The notes beneath the pieces were generated by a model that was not told where the DNA came from, searched no databases, and worked only from the letters and a program-made list of their open reading frames with translations. The position numbers and the translations under genes are program-made. 24,035 nucleotides of DNA from a virus (lineage: Duplodnaviria; Caudoviricetes). The stretch is from positions 1 through 24,035 of IMG/VR virus record IMGVR_UViG_3300028862_000107. One strand, given 5' to 3'. Below are positions 1 through 7,744 of the stretch, piece by piece (within the stretch, counting starts at the first letter, position 1; every line of letters starts with the position of its first letter).

Positions 1-5
1 CTTCA

Positions 6-1700
6 ATGATGGATATTCAGGGTAAAAACTTTATGTATCTAAATAGAGTAGAGGGTGGCGACCCTCGTGAGATTTGGGTTTGCGACCCTACCTCAATCGA
101 GTTGATGTTTGTAAACAAACTCCCCGCTGGTTTTCGCTCTCTCTCCAATCGCTCTGAAAAATATACTACTGACGAAATGTTGATGATACATCGACCAAAT
201 CCTTTCAATCAATGGGAAGGACTCTCAACCCTAGAAAAAGCTCGTCAAGAGTCAGAGGGGGATATGAACGCTAGTAAATGGAACGCTAAATTTTTCGAGA
301 ATGGCGGTGTCCCATCGGGTTTGATTTCTATTGACGGAGCGATGACTGACAAAGACCGAAAAGAATTGAGAGACAAATATCAAGAGTCGAACGCTGGTCT
401 CAAAAACGCTCATAAACCTATCGTCCTCGGTGGTGGTGCTAAGTGGCAAGACATCGGATTAAAACAAAGAGATATGAGTTTCGTCGCTCAAAGAGAAATG
501 AGTGAGGAAAAGATTTTGAAAATATTTAAAACTCCAAAGATATTACTTGGCGGAACTGACGGGATAAACTACGCAACCTCAATCACTGCTCGTCAAATTT
601 ATGCTGAACAGGTAACAGCCCCACGATTAAAATTACTCTTCGAGAAATTAAACAGATTTTATTTGCCAATGTTCAAAGGAACTGAGGGAATGGAATTTGA
701 ATTTGAGTCTCCAATCCCTGAGGATAGAGAATTTAAACTCAAATACTATCAGGGTGCTAAATGGCTATCTTACAATGAAATCAGAGTCGAAGAGGGTAGA
801 GAGCCAATACAGGACGATAAATACGACTTGCCTCAGGGTGGTAATAGTAATAGTGGCGTTGACCCACTACTTGCCCTCGGTGCTGGTGATGTTAAAAAAA
901 AAGGAACTGAGGAAGTAGTAAAAAAAGATTACGTCCCAAAGACTAAAGCCTACTATAAAAATCGTCGATTACAAAAGGCATATCAAAACAAAAAAGAAAA
1001 ATATATCGTCCAAAATATAAAGACAATGTCTAAAGGTTTAAAGCCTATTTTCGAGGACTATATTAAATCTTTCAAAAAGAAAAGCCTAACCTACCAAAAT
1101 AAATCTATTTTAACCGACGGTCTCAGTGCCTCTCAGATTTTCAATTTCTTAATGCCAAAGGGCGACGACTTTGTTAAATCTCTTTACACTGTCATCTCTA
1201 AAAATAGCCAAGACGCCTATGTCGATGGTCGAGAAAATATGAAAGATACCTATAATTTCAAGAGCGACGCTACTCTCTCTCATATTTCAGCGATTGCTTT
1301 GCTCGATACCCGAGCTAGAAACACGGCGGACGGGGTAAGTAAGACAATCAATGCCGACGTTTTGAATATCATCAAAGACGAACTCGCCAAAGATAGCTCG
1401 AGTATTAAATCAATTCGAGAAATGCTGAAAACTTATTTAACCGACAAAGAGGATTACCAAGTTGAAAGAATAGCCAAAACTGAGTTAGCCTATGCCTACG
1501 CCAATGGCTCTCGACAAGAAATGTACGCCAGTGGTATCGTTAAACAAATCCAATGGCTCACTGAGTCCGACGCTTGCGAAGAGTGTCGAATGAATGACGA
1601 GGAAATCGTTGATTTAGGGGGAAGTTTCAAGAGTGGCGACCAAGACTCACCAGTTCACCCAAATTGCCGATGTTCAACAGTCCCGTATTTACCTGATTAA
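6..1700 (+). CDS. HK97-family portal protein fused to a C-terminal Mu gpF/SPP1 gp7-like head morphogenesis domain (probably 5'-truncated by the window edge)
   Basis: Portal motifs: KFFENGGVPSGLI, GLKNAHKPIVLGGGAKWQ, IFKTPKILLG, YNEIRVEEGREPI. C-terminal ERIAKTE..W.T..DACEEC..P.HPNCRCS is typical of the gpF family. The frame is open to the window start and the gene precedes protease and capsid. Confidence 0.9.
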   Translation: MMDIQGKNFMYLNRVEGGDPREIWVCDPTSIELMFVNKLPAGFRSLSNRSEKYTTDEMLMIHRPNPFNQWEGLSTLEKARQESEGDMNASKWNAKFFENGGVPSGLISIDGAMTDKDRKELRDKYQESNAGLKNAHKPIVLGGGAKWQDIGLKQRDMSFVAQREMSEEKILKIFKTPKILLGGTDGINYATSITARQIYAEQVTAPRLKLLFEKLNRFYLPMFKGTEGMEFEFESPIPEDREFKLKYYQGAKWLSYNEIRVEEGREPIQDDKYDLPQGGNSNSGVDPLLALGAGDVKKKGTEEVVKKDYVPKTKAYYKNRRLQKAYQNKKEKYIVQNIKTMSKGLKPIFEDYIKSFKKKSLTYQNKSILTDGLSASQIFNFLMPKGDDFVKSLYTVISKNSQDAYVDGRENMKDTYNFKSDATLSHISAIALLDTRARNTADGVSKTINADVLNIIKDELAKDSSSIKSIREMLKTYLTDKEDYQVERIAKTELAYAYANGSRQEMYASGIVKQIQWLTESDACEECRMNDEEIVDLGGSFKSGDQDSPVHPNCRCSTVPYLPD

Positions 1701-1721
1701 AATATTTGTTTAAAAAAAATA

Positions 1722-1733
1722 TATAATTAAATT
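1722..1733 (+). promoter_or_regulatory. TATAAT-TAAATT element directly before the protease ATG (leaderless-type -10 element)
   Basis: TATAATTAAATT-ATG with no SD; the motif recurs before many late genes. Confidence 0.6.
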
Positions 1734-2486
1734 ATGAAAACTAAAAAGAAAGAACTCAAATACATTTTTACCAGTGTATCGAAATCTGTTATTGACGAAA
1801 AATCAATGACAATTAAAGGCGTCATCGGTTCTGACGGCTCAGTCGATAGACAGGGCGAGTCAATCAATCCTATGGGTTGGAAACTAGACAATTTCAAAAA
1901 TAACCCTGTTGTTTTGTACGGACACGATTACCACTCTAAGCCAATCGCTAAAGCTACTCGAGTGTGGGTAGAGGACGGTAAACTTTTATTCGATTTAGAA
2001 TTTGCTAATAGTGAAGACGGGAAAGAGGTATTTGATTTAATGGCTAAGGGTTTTCTCTCTGCCTTTTCTGTTGGTTTCCAAATCCTAGAATGGGACGAAA
2101 CTGGCGAATTTACTTTTAAATCTTGCGAACTTTATGAGTTGTCTGTTGTCCCAGTCCCAGCCAATCCAAGAGCTTTGAAAGGTGCTGATACTGATACTTT
2201 GAGCCGAGTCAAATCTCTCAATGTCAAATATAAAGTCTTTTCAAAAAAATTCTACAAACTTTCTCAGAAAGAATTAGAGATGATTATTTCTAAGACTGTC
2301 GAGGTTACTATTGAAAAGAGAGCTGAGTTGAAAAAGGCTAAGGCTCTAGCTGACAAAAAAGCCCTCGATGAAAAGAAAGCCCTTGACGACAAAAAAAAGG
2401 CTATAATTAAAAGTAAGAAAGTTAAAAAGTTTGTCAATACTTTTGAGAAAACTCTCAAAAAATTTACCTCGTTGACACAACAATAA
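1734..2486 (+). CDS. HK97-family prohead (capsid maturation) protease with Lys-rich C-terminal extension
   Basis: DRQGE, NPVVLYGHD (His), AFSVGF (Ser) and ELYELSVVPVPANP (Glu) motifs; lies between portal and capsid. Confidence 0.93.
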   Translation: MKTKKKELKYIFTSVSKSVIDEKSMTIKGVIGSDGSVDRQGESINPMGWKLDNFKNNPVVLYGHDYHSKPIAKATRVWVEDGKLLFDLEFANSEDGKEVFDLMAKGFLSAFSVGFQILEWDETGEFTFKSCELYELSVVPVPANPRALKGADTDTLSRVKSLNVKYKVFSKKFYKLSQKELEMIISKTVEVTIEKRAELKKAKALADKKALDEKKALDDKKKAIIKSKKVKKFVNTFEKTLKKFTSLTQQ

Positions 2487-2502
2487 AAAAATAGTTTATA
2501 AT
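2472..2502 (+). promoter_or_regulatory. Possible sigma70-type promoter for the major capsid gene
   Basis: TTGACA (2472-2477) and TATAAT (2497-2502); the 19-bp spacer is longer than optimal. Confidence 0.45.
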
Positions 2503-2534
2503 TTATTTATTATTAAAAATTAAATCTTAAAAAA

Positions 2535-3692
2535 ATGAAAATCAAGACCTCTGAGAAAATCAAAAAAATGTTAGATGAAAACCAAAAAGGTTTAGTCGAT
2601 TTAGCTGTTAAAGGTGTAGTTGAAGTTTTAAAAACTGACGCTAATCGCAAACTCTTTGGTGGTAGCACTGAAAAAGAAATGACCGCTGAAAAGAAACAGC
2701 TCGCTGTTGATTACATCAAATCAATCTCTCCAAAATATCAAAACGACAACGGTATGAAAACCGCACTCTTACAAAGAGCTAAAGATGTCGGTGAATTAAA
2801 TTTGACCGCTGGTACAGGTGGCGACTATACCCCTGACTACCTTTCTAGTGAAATAATCCGCTTAATTCCTACCTACGGCGTAATCAGAAAATATGGACGA
2901 GTTGTCCCTGTCGTTTCTGACGTTCAAAAAATCCCTACCGCTGGTGCTGTAATCGCTTACCGTATCGGAGCTGGTGCTAGTTTAATCCCATCAATCCCAG
3001 CAACAGGTATTTTGACTCTCCAAGTTGAAAAAATCGCTTGCTTAATCCCATTCGACAATGAATTACTCGCTGACGCTACAATCGGAATAGTTGACTTAAT
3101 CACTCAATTATCTGCTGAGGCTATCGCTAAGAAAGAAGACACTTGGGGTCTACTTGGTGAAAACTCAGGCGAGGGTATTATGAAAAATGCCTCTGTCCAA
3201 GTTGTAACCTTAGCCAGTGCTGAAACTTTCGCAGGTGCTACCCTTGACGATTTAATGGATATGACTGGAAAATTAGACGAAAACGCAGTCAATAACGCTA
3301 AATACGCTATGAGTTTCTCGGTGTTCAATGTTTTCAGAAAACAAAAATTGACCACTCAATACGCTCTCCAAAATCCAGCGGGCGGTATGCCAGCAACAAT
3401 CTGGAATTTGCCAGTAATATTCTCCCCAGTCTTACCAAAGACAACTGACGAAACCCAAGTCGCTACCCCATTCGTTATCTGTGGAAACTTTGATTACTTA
3501 ATAATTGGAGACAGAGGTGAATACCGAATTGATTTATCAACTGAGGGAACTTACACCGACGGCTCAACTGTTAAATCTCTCTTCGGTCAAGATATGTCCG
3601 CAATCCGTATCATCGAAAGAGTCGACATCAAAGTCGCTGAGGCTACTAAGGCTTTCTGTATCCTCAAAACCCACGCTCACGTCGGAGCATAA
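2535..3692 (+). CDS. Major capsid protein, HK97 fold, with N-terminal delta/scaffold-like segment
   Basis: GGDYTPDYLSSEII, AEAIAKKED, TIWNLPVIFS, GNFD and FGQDMSAIRIIERVD..AF motifs; position after the protease. Confidence 0.93.
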   Translation: MKIKTSEKIKKMLDENQKGLVDLAVKGVVEVLKTDANRKLFGGSTEKEMTAEKKQLAVDYIKSISPKYQNDNGMKTALLQRAKDVGELNLTAGTGGDYTPDYLSSEIIRLIPTYGVIRKYGRVVPVVSDVQKIPTAGAVIAYRIGAGASLIPSIPATGILTLQVEKIACLIPFDNELLADATIGIVDLITQLSAEAIAKKEDTWGLLGENSGEGIMKNASVQVVTLASAETFAGATLDDLMDMTGKLDENAVNNAKYAMSFSVFNVFRKQKLTTQYALQNPAGGMPATIWNLPVIFSPVLPKTTDETQVATPFVICGNFDYLIIGDRGEYRIDLSTEGTYTDGSTVKSLFGQDMSAIRIIERVDIKVAEATKAFCILKTHAHVGA

Positions 3693-3706
3693 GTTTAAGA
3701 ATTTGA

Positions 3707-3734
3707 AAGAGAGCGAGGGAAACTTCGCTCTCTT
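3707..3734 (+). terminator. 12-bp hairpin with GAAA tetraloop after the capsid stop (terminator or 3' stabilising hairpin)
   Basis: AAGAGAGCGAGG-GAAA-CTTCGCTCTCTT with one G-U pair; no clear U-tract follows. Confidence 0.6.
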
Positions 3735-3775
3735 AGGTAATTCCTAAATTAAATATTTATTTACAAAACAAAAAA

Positions 3776-4039
3776 ATGAAAGCAATAGTAAAACAAGTCA
3801 TCTTTAATGGTAATCAGAGATATGATGTCGGCGAAACTGTCGATACCAAAGTTCTCGGAGTTAAACAAAACGACGAAAGAATTGAGCTTATTGAAGAAAA
3901 AAAAGACAATTCCAAAGCTAAGGACGTCGCCAAAGCCCCTAAAACAAACGAAACTAAAACTCCCGATACAAAACCAGCCGAAGAAAAAAAAGAGGTAACA
4001 CAAAATAATAAAATGGTTACCAGTTCAGAGACAAAGTAA
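3776..4039 (+). CDS. Small head-region protein (short beta-rich N-terminus, Lys/Glu/Thr-rich disordered tail)
   Basis: 87-aa ORF directly after the capsid gene with an A/C-rich leader; function inferred from position only. Confidence 0.65.
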   Translation: MKAIVKQVIFNGNQRYDVGETVDTKVLGVKQNDERIELIEEKKDNSKAKDVAKAPKTNETKTPDTKPAEEKKEVTQNNKMVTSSETK

Positions 4040-4042
4040 AAA

Positions 4043-4669
4043 ATGCCTGACGAAACCCCAGTCGTTGAAATAGTTGACGCTGAATTAAAACAATCAAATT
4101 GGTCAGGTGTTACCCCCGCTAATATTGGCGATTTTCTTGACGAAGTAATCACTGGAAAAGAAACCCTCATCGCAAAGATGATTTTAAAAGCTGAGGACGA
4201 CATCTCGAGCGGTGCTGGTCGTAATTTCAAAATTGCTAATACTATTTACGAGGAAACTCTTGACGCTGGTACTGACAAACTCTATACCTCAAACTCTCCA
4301 ATCAACGAAGTCCAAAAAATTACTGTCAACGGTAATGATGTCTTTATTAAAGACGGGTCAAACAATACCCTAAATCTCGGAGTCGAGTTTTTAGTCTATC
4401 CAAAATATGTCTTTTTCAGAAATGGCATTTATTCGCCCAACGGTTTTGACGAGCAAGCTGTAAAAATTCAGTACACTCTAAAAAAGTTTTGGGGTGAGGA
4501 CGTTGTCGGAGCAATTATCGAGGCTGTCGCTAAAACATATTTACAGAAAGAATACGGCAATAAAGATGTTTCTCAGATGGACACTGGTACAATAACCGTC
4601 GGTTTTAATCAAGAAAGTCGAGGAATTTTGGAAAAAATCGTCGAAAAGTATACTCTGCCTTGCGTCTAA
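4043..4669 (+). CDS. Head-tail adaptor/connector protein
   Basis: AEDDISSGAGRNF..YEETLD, VKIQYT..W..DV..AIIEAV and ILEKIVEKY patterns fit extended gp6/gp15-like adaptors; synteny. Confidence 0.75.
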   Translation: MPDETPVVEIVDAELKQSNWSGVTPANIGDFLDEVITGKETLIAKMILKAEDDISSGAGRNFKIANTIYEETLDAGTDKLYTSNSPINEVQKITVNGNDVFIKDGSNNTLNLGVEFLVYPKYVFFRNGIYSPNGFDEQAVKIQYTLKKFWGEDVVGAIIEAVAKTYLQKEYGNKDVSQMDTGTITVGFNQESRGILEKIVEKYTLPCV

Positions 4670-4671
4670 AC

Positions 4672-4685
4672 TGCTATACTTAACT
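4672..4685 (+). promoter_or_regulatory. Extended -10 element (TGnTATACT) 5 nt before the ATG at 4686
   Basis: TGCTATACT-TAACT-ATG with no SD. Confidence 0.55.
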
Positions 4686-5024
4686 ATGGCATTATTACAC
4701 AATTTCAACGCTATCGTTAAAGTCGAACACGTCCCAAGTTCAGGGGCAAAATCAACAATTTCAGCAACGGCTAAAGTTTTAATTACCCCCGCAACTACCG
4801 AGGATAGTATGATTTATCAGAACGTCCCAGTCGGTAATCTATTTAATTTCTATTTCTTTAATCAGAATATCAGCCTAAAAGCTGGTGATATTTTTACTGT
4901 TGTCTCAGGCGACTCGACTGTTACCGCTGGTCAGGAATACATCATCAAAGGAAATCCTAAAAAAACTCTTTGCTTTCACAAAATGACGATTGCTGGGGCG
5001 TGTGTTATCAATTTAGTCTCGTAA
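4686..5024 (+). CDS. Putative head closure/stopper protein
   Basis: 112-aa beta-rich ORF between the adaptor and the gp10-like gene; ISLKAGD..Y.I pattern. Confidence 0.6.
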   Translation: MALLHNFNAIVKVEHVPSSGAKSTISATAKVLITPATTEDSMIYQNVPVGNLFNFYFFNQNISLKAGDIFTVVSGDSTVTAGQEYIIKGNPKKTLCFHKMTIAGACVINLVS

Positions 5025-5518
5025 TGGCTGGCTACGGTCTCAATGTAAAAATTGAGGGACTCGAGCAGTTAGCGGGTACTATGAAAGGTTTTCCAACTAT
5101 TACTCGGGGAATTTACAGGACGATGATTGACAATCTAACGAAAGTCGCTCAGGAAGAGGCTGTTAAAAATGCCCCAACAGATACGGGAACTTTGCTACAA
5201 TCAATCACCACTCGAATAGGATTACAGAGTCAGCAAATAGTCGGCGAGGTTTTTATGGGCGAAATGAAACCATACTTTGCCTATCAGGAATATGGTACTG
5301 GAATTTATGGCTACAAAGCCAAACCAATCACTCCAACGAAAGGGGAATATTTGAATTTTCGATTAAAAGACGGCACTTGGATACGGACAAAATCTGTCAA
5401 AGGTGTCCCAGCCAAAGGCTTTATGAAAAAGGGTCGAGAATTAGCTGGTCAAAAAACACCCGAGGAAATGGCGAAAGCTAAAACAAAATTAGTAAGTTAT
5501 TTTTTAACTGGAAAATAA
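5024..5518 (+). CDS. HK97 gp10-like tail completion/neck protein (likely start ATG 5024, not 4970)
   Basis: APTDTGTLLQSI, YFAYQEYGTG and GVPAKGFM motifs; TAATG stop-start overlap with the upstream gene. Confidence 0.85.
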   Translation: MAGYGLNVKIEGLEQLAGTMKGFPTITRGIYRTMIDNLTKVAQEEAVKNAPTDTGTLLQSITTRIGLQSQQIVGEVFMGEMKPYFAYQEYGTGIYGYKAKPITPTKGEYLNFRLKDGTWIRTKSVKGVPAKGFMKKGRELAGQKTPEEMAKAKTKLVSYFLTGK

Positions 5519-5521
5519 TAG

Positions 5522-5533
5522 TAAAATTAAACT
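5522..5533 (+). promoter_or_regulatory. TAAAAT-TAAACT element before ATG 5534
   Basis: Variant of the recurring TATAAT-N6-ATG motif. Confidence 0.45.
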
Positions 5534-5956
5534 ATGAATAATTACACCAGCTTGATTGACAAATTAGTTGATGTCATCAAAACAAAAAATATCACTGGTC
5601 TTGGGACGAAAGTTTTTGGAACTGACGAAATCGTTTTTAATGCTTACCCAGTTTGTACAATTTCCCCTCTGAGTTTTAACAGTGAAAGAATTACGATGAC
5701 AGATACCAAAGTAAATACTTCGGTGGCTATTAGAATATGGGGAAAGATAGAGCAAAACAAAGATGATGTCGAGAGGACGATTGAGGATATTGGCGAGGCA
5801 ATACAAACCCTCTTAATTGACAAGGTTACTCTTGAAAATACTCTCGTCTCTACTGAGCCACTTTCGGGATTAGTCGCTTATCCTGAGAGATTTGGTGAGG
5901 CTCTCTTTATGTATGAAATCAAATACACTGGCTCAATTACTGAGCGACGCATTTAA
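5534..5956 (+). CDS. Putative tail terminator protein
   Basis: 140 aa with YPVCTISP; located between the gp10-like gene and the tail tube. Confidence 0.65.
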   Translation: MNNYTSLIDKLVDVIKTKNITGLGTKVFGTDEIVFNAYPVCTISPLSFNSERITMTDTKVNTSVAIRIWGKIEQNKDDVERTIEDIGEAIQTLLIDKVTLENTLVSTEPLSGLVAYPERFGEALFMYEIKYTGSITERRI

Positions 5957-5964
5957 AAATAGTC

Positions 5965-5976
5965 TATAATTAAATT
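5965..5976 (+). promoter_or_regulatory. TATAAT-TAAATT element before ATG 5977
   Basis: Exact copy of the TATAATTAAATT-ATG motif. Confidence 0.6.
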
Positions 5977-6153
5977 ATGAATAAATATATTTACAACGGT
6001 TCAGGTTCAATCGTGTTACAGGGAGTCGGCGAAATTGTCGCTGGGACACCTTTCGAGACTGAAATCGAAATCAATCACCCTCTTATTTCTGAATATAAAG
6101 ATTTGCCAAAATTCAGTAAAAAGGAAAAAATTAAAGTTATCAATTCTAAATAA
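5977..6153 (+). CDS. Small 58-aa protein upstream of the tail tube (not in ORF track)
   Basis: MNKYIYNGSGSIVLQGVGEIVAGTPFETEIEINHPLISEYKDLPKFSKKEKIKVINSK*; fills the intergenic gap and carries the conserved start motif. Confidence 0.75.
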   Translation: MNKYIYNGSGSIVLQGVGEIVAGTPFETEIEINHPLISEYKDLPKFSKKEKIKVINSK

Positions 6154-6174
6154 ACAAATATATTTTTAAAAATA

Positions 6175-6186
6175 TATAATTAAAAT
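6175..6186 (+). promoter_or_regulatory. TATAAT-TAAAAT element before the tail tube ATG
   Basis: TATAAT ends 6 nt before ATG 6187. Confidence 0.6.
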
Positions 6187-7146
6187 ATGGAATACTCAAA
6201 CGGACTATTAAACAAAGTTAGCATAGGGAAAGAGTCAACTTTTGGCTCTGCTGTTACCCCTACAATTACTCTAAACCTAAAACCATCTGGCGGTCTTTCC
6301 GAAGAACTCGCTAAAAATGGAATTGAGGGTTTAACTGGTAGCTTAGCCAAAAACAAAGCATTTTCAAAAGGTAAGAATACCATCAAAGGCTCTTATGATT
6401 TGAACGCTATCCCTAACGACATCGGTTATTTTATCGCCTCTGCTTTGGGCAAAGTTGTATCTACTCTCGTTAGTGGTGAAACTATTGTCAAAACTCACGT
6501 CATCACTGAACAGGGAGCTAAAATTTCCTACACTGCCGAGCAAGACATTCAACCTAGTTGTAAAAGAATATCGGGCGTCATCGCTACTGGTTTCAAAATT
6601 AAAGCTAAAGTTGGCTCTGCTCTCGAAATCACTTTTGATTTATTGGGTAAAACCTCAGCCGACCAAGTAACTCCAATTACTGCCGTCTACAATACTGGTC
6701 GAGTTTTCTCTTACGAAGACATCTCAATTTTAAAAATCAATTCTGTTGATATTAAAGAAAAAGTTACTGACTTCGAGCTTTCCTACGACAACGGTGTTGT
6801 TTATCAATACGGAATGGGTGGCGTTGACTCTGTTGGATATTCTGTCAATGGTGGCTCATCTTTCAAAGGTAAAATAAACGCTGTTTTAGATAGCGTAACC
6901 AATGGATATTTAGCTCAGGCTAAACTTATCGACGGCGTACCTCTTCAATTAACAGTCATCGGCGATACTGTCGGAGTTGCCAGCAATTACAAACTCGATG
7001 TCTTAGCCCCTCTCATTGTTTTCAATAAAACTGATTTGCCTCTCACTTCAAACGAAAATGCTGTTAGTATTGATTTCGACTCTAAACCTGACGCCGTAAA
7101 TGGCTTGGTAAAAGTGGAGTTGACAAATACTAATACATCGTTGTAA
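6187..7146 (+). CDS. Major tail tube protein
   Basis: N-terminal IGKESTFG..VTP; beta-rich 319 aa; followed by chaperone and tape measure; no sheath gene seen. Confidence 0.85.
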   Translation: MEYSNGLLNKVSIGKESTFGSAVTPTITLNLKPSGGLSEELAKNGIEGLTGSLAKNKAFSKGKNTIKGSYDLNAIPNDIGYFIASALGKVVSTLVSGETIVKTHVITEQGAKISYTAEQDIQPSCKRISGVIATGFKIKAKVGSALEITFDLLGKTSADQVTPITAVYNTGRVFSYEDISILKINSVDIKEKVTDFELSYDNGVVYQYGMGGVDSVGYSVNGGSSFKGKINAVLDSVTNGYLAQAKLIDGVPLQLTVIGDTVGVASNYKLDVLAPLIVFNKTDLPLTSNENAVSIDFDSKPDAVNGLVKVELTNTNTSL

Positions 7147-7154
7147 TCTTAATT

Positions 7155-7526
7155 ATGAAAATAACAACTCCAAGCGGATACGAGGTAGAAATTAAAGACG
7201 TTCTCACTTTTAGAGATAAAAGGTCGATTGATAGTGTAATGTACGACTCAGTAAAAGCCGAGGATATTGACCGAGACGATGTAGAAAAATCCAAAAAAGA
7301 AATAATGGGTAAAGTCAAACCATCTGAATTATTGGGTAGTCGTCAAGACAAATCTATTGATTTCCTAGTTATCTCAATCAAAATCGGTGATACTTTAATT
7401 ACTGAAAATTTCGCTGACACTATTTTAGACTGGGGCGTTGCTGACGCTCAGGTTGTTACCGACATAATTGATAAAATCGTTGACCCAAAAAAAAACGAGG
7501 AAAACAAAACGATAGAGACAAAGTAA
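7155..7526 (+). CDS. Tail assembly chaperone (lambda gpG equivalent)
   Basis: Lies between tail tube and tape measure, with a slippery sequence near its 3' end. Confidence 0.8.
   Translation: MKITTPSGYEVEIKDVLTFRDKRSIDSVMYDSVKAEDIDRDDVEKSKKEIMGKVKPSELLGSRQDKSIDFLVISIKIGDTLITENFADTILDWGVADAQVVTDIIDKIVDPKKNEENKTIETK
7484..7496 (+). other. Programmed -1 ribosomal frameshift site (CCCAAAAAAAAAC)
   Basis: In-frame heptamers C CCA AAA and A AAA AAC; the -1 frame stays open to TAA at 7712-7714. Confidence 0.8.
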
Positions 7527-7714
7527 ATCTTTTCAAATCGTTACTCTCTAAAACCGCTCTCCCTGATACCTATGTGATTGCCAGTATTTGCTATGCTCTC
7601 GGCGTAACTTACACCGAACTTGAAAAACAGCCCGCCGATTGGGTTCAAGAAATGGCGGAATATCTCGAGCAAAAAAACAATGTTGAGGAATTTAAGGCAA
7701 AACAAAAGCCTTAA
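7493..7714 (+). CDS. Frameshift extension of the tail chaperone (gpGT-like C-terminal part; not in ORF track)
   Basis: The -1 frame reads KRGKQNDRDKVNLFKSLLSKTALPDTYVIASICYALGVTYTELEKQPADWVQEMAEYLEQKNNVEEFKAKQKP* and fills the gap before the tape measure gene. Confidence 0.8.
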   Translation, partial: KRGKQNDRDKVNLFKSLLSKTALPDTYVIASICYALGVTYTELEKQPADWVQEMAEYLEQKNNVEEFKAKQKP

Positions 7715-7732
7715 CTGTCGGGTTTATAAATG

Positions 7733-7744
7733 TATAATTAAATT
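7733..7744 (+). promoter_or_regulatory. TATAAT-TAAATT element before the tape measure ATG
   Basis: AAATGTATAATTAAATTATGG (7728-7748) is identical to 12996-13016. Confidence 0.6.

Noticed and set aside
17-449. Short minus-strand ORFs opposite the portal, and similar antisense or alternate-frame ORFs across the track (e.g. 697-918, 2264-2458, 3104-3355, 3814-4230, 9139-9333, 21302-21625, 22924-23238)
   Set aside because: They overlap well-supported + strand genes, show no motifs and lack the start signals used by real genes here.
4970-5023. Track start of the gp10-like gene at 4970
   Set aside because: It overlaps the upstream gene by 55 bp; ATG 5024 in a TAATG stop-start junction is more plausible.
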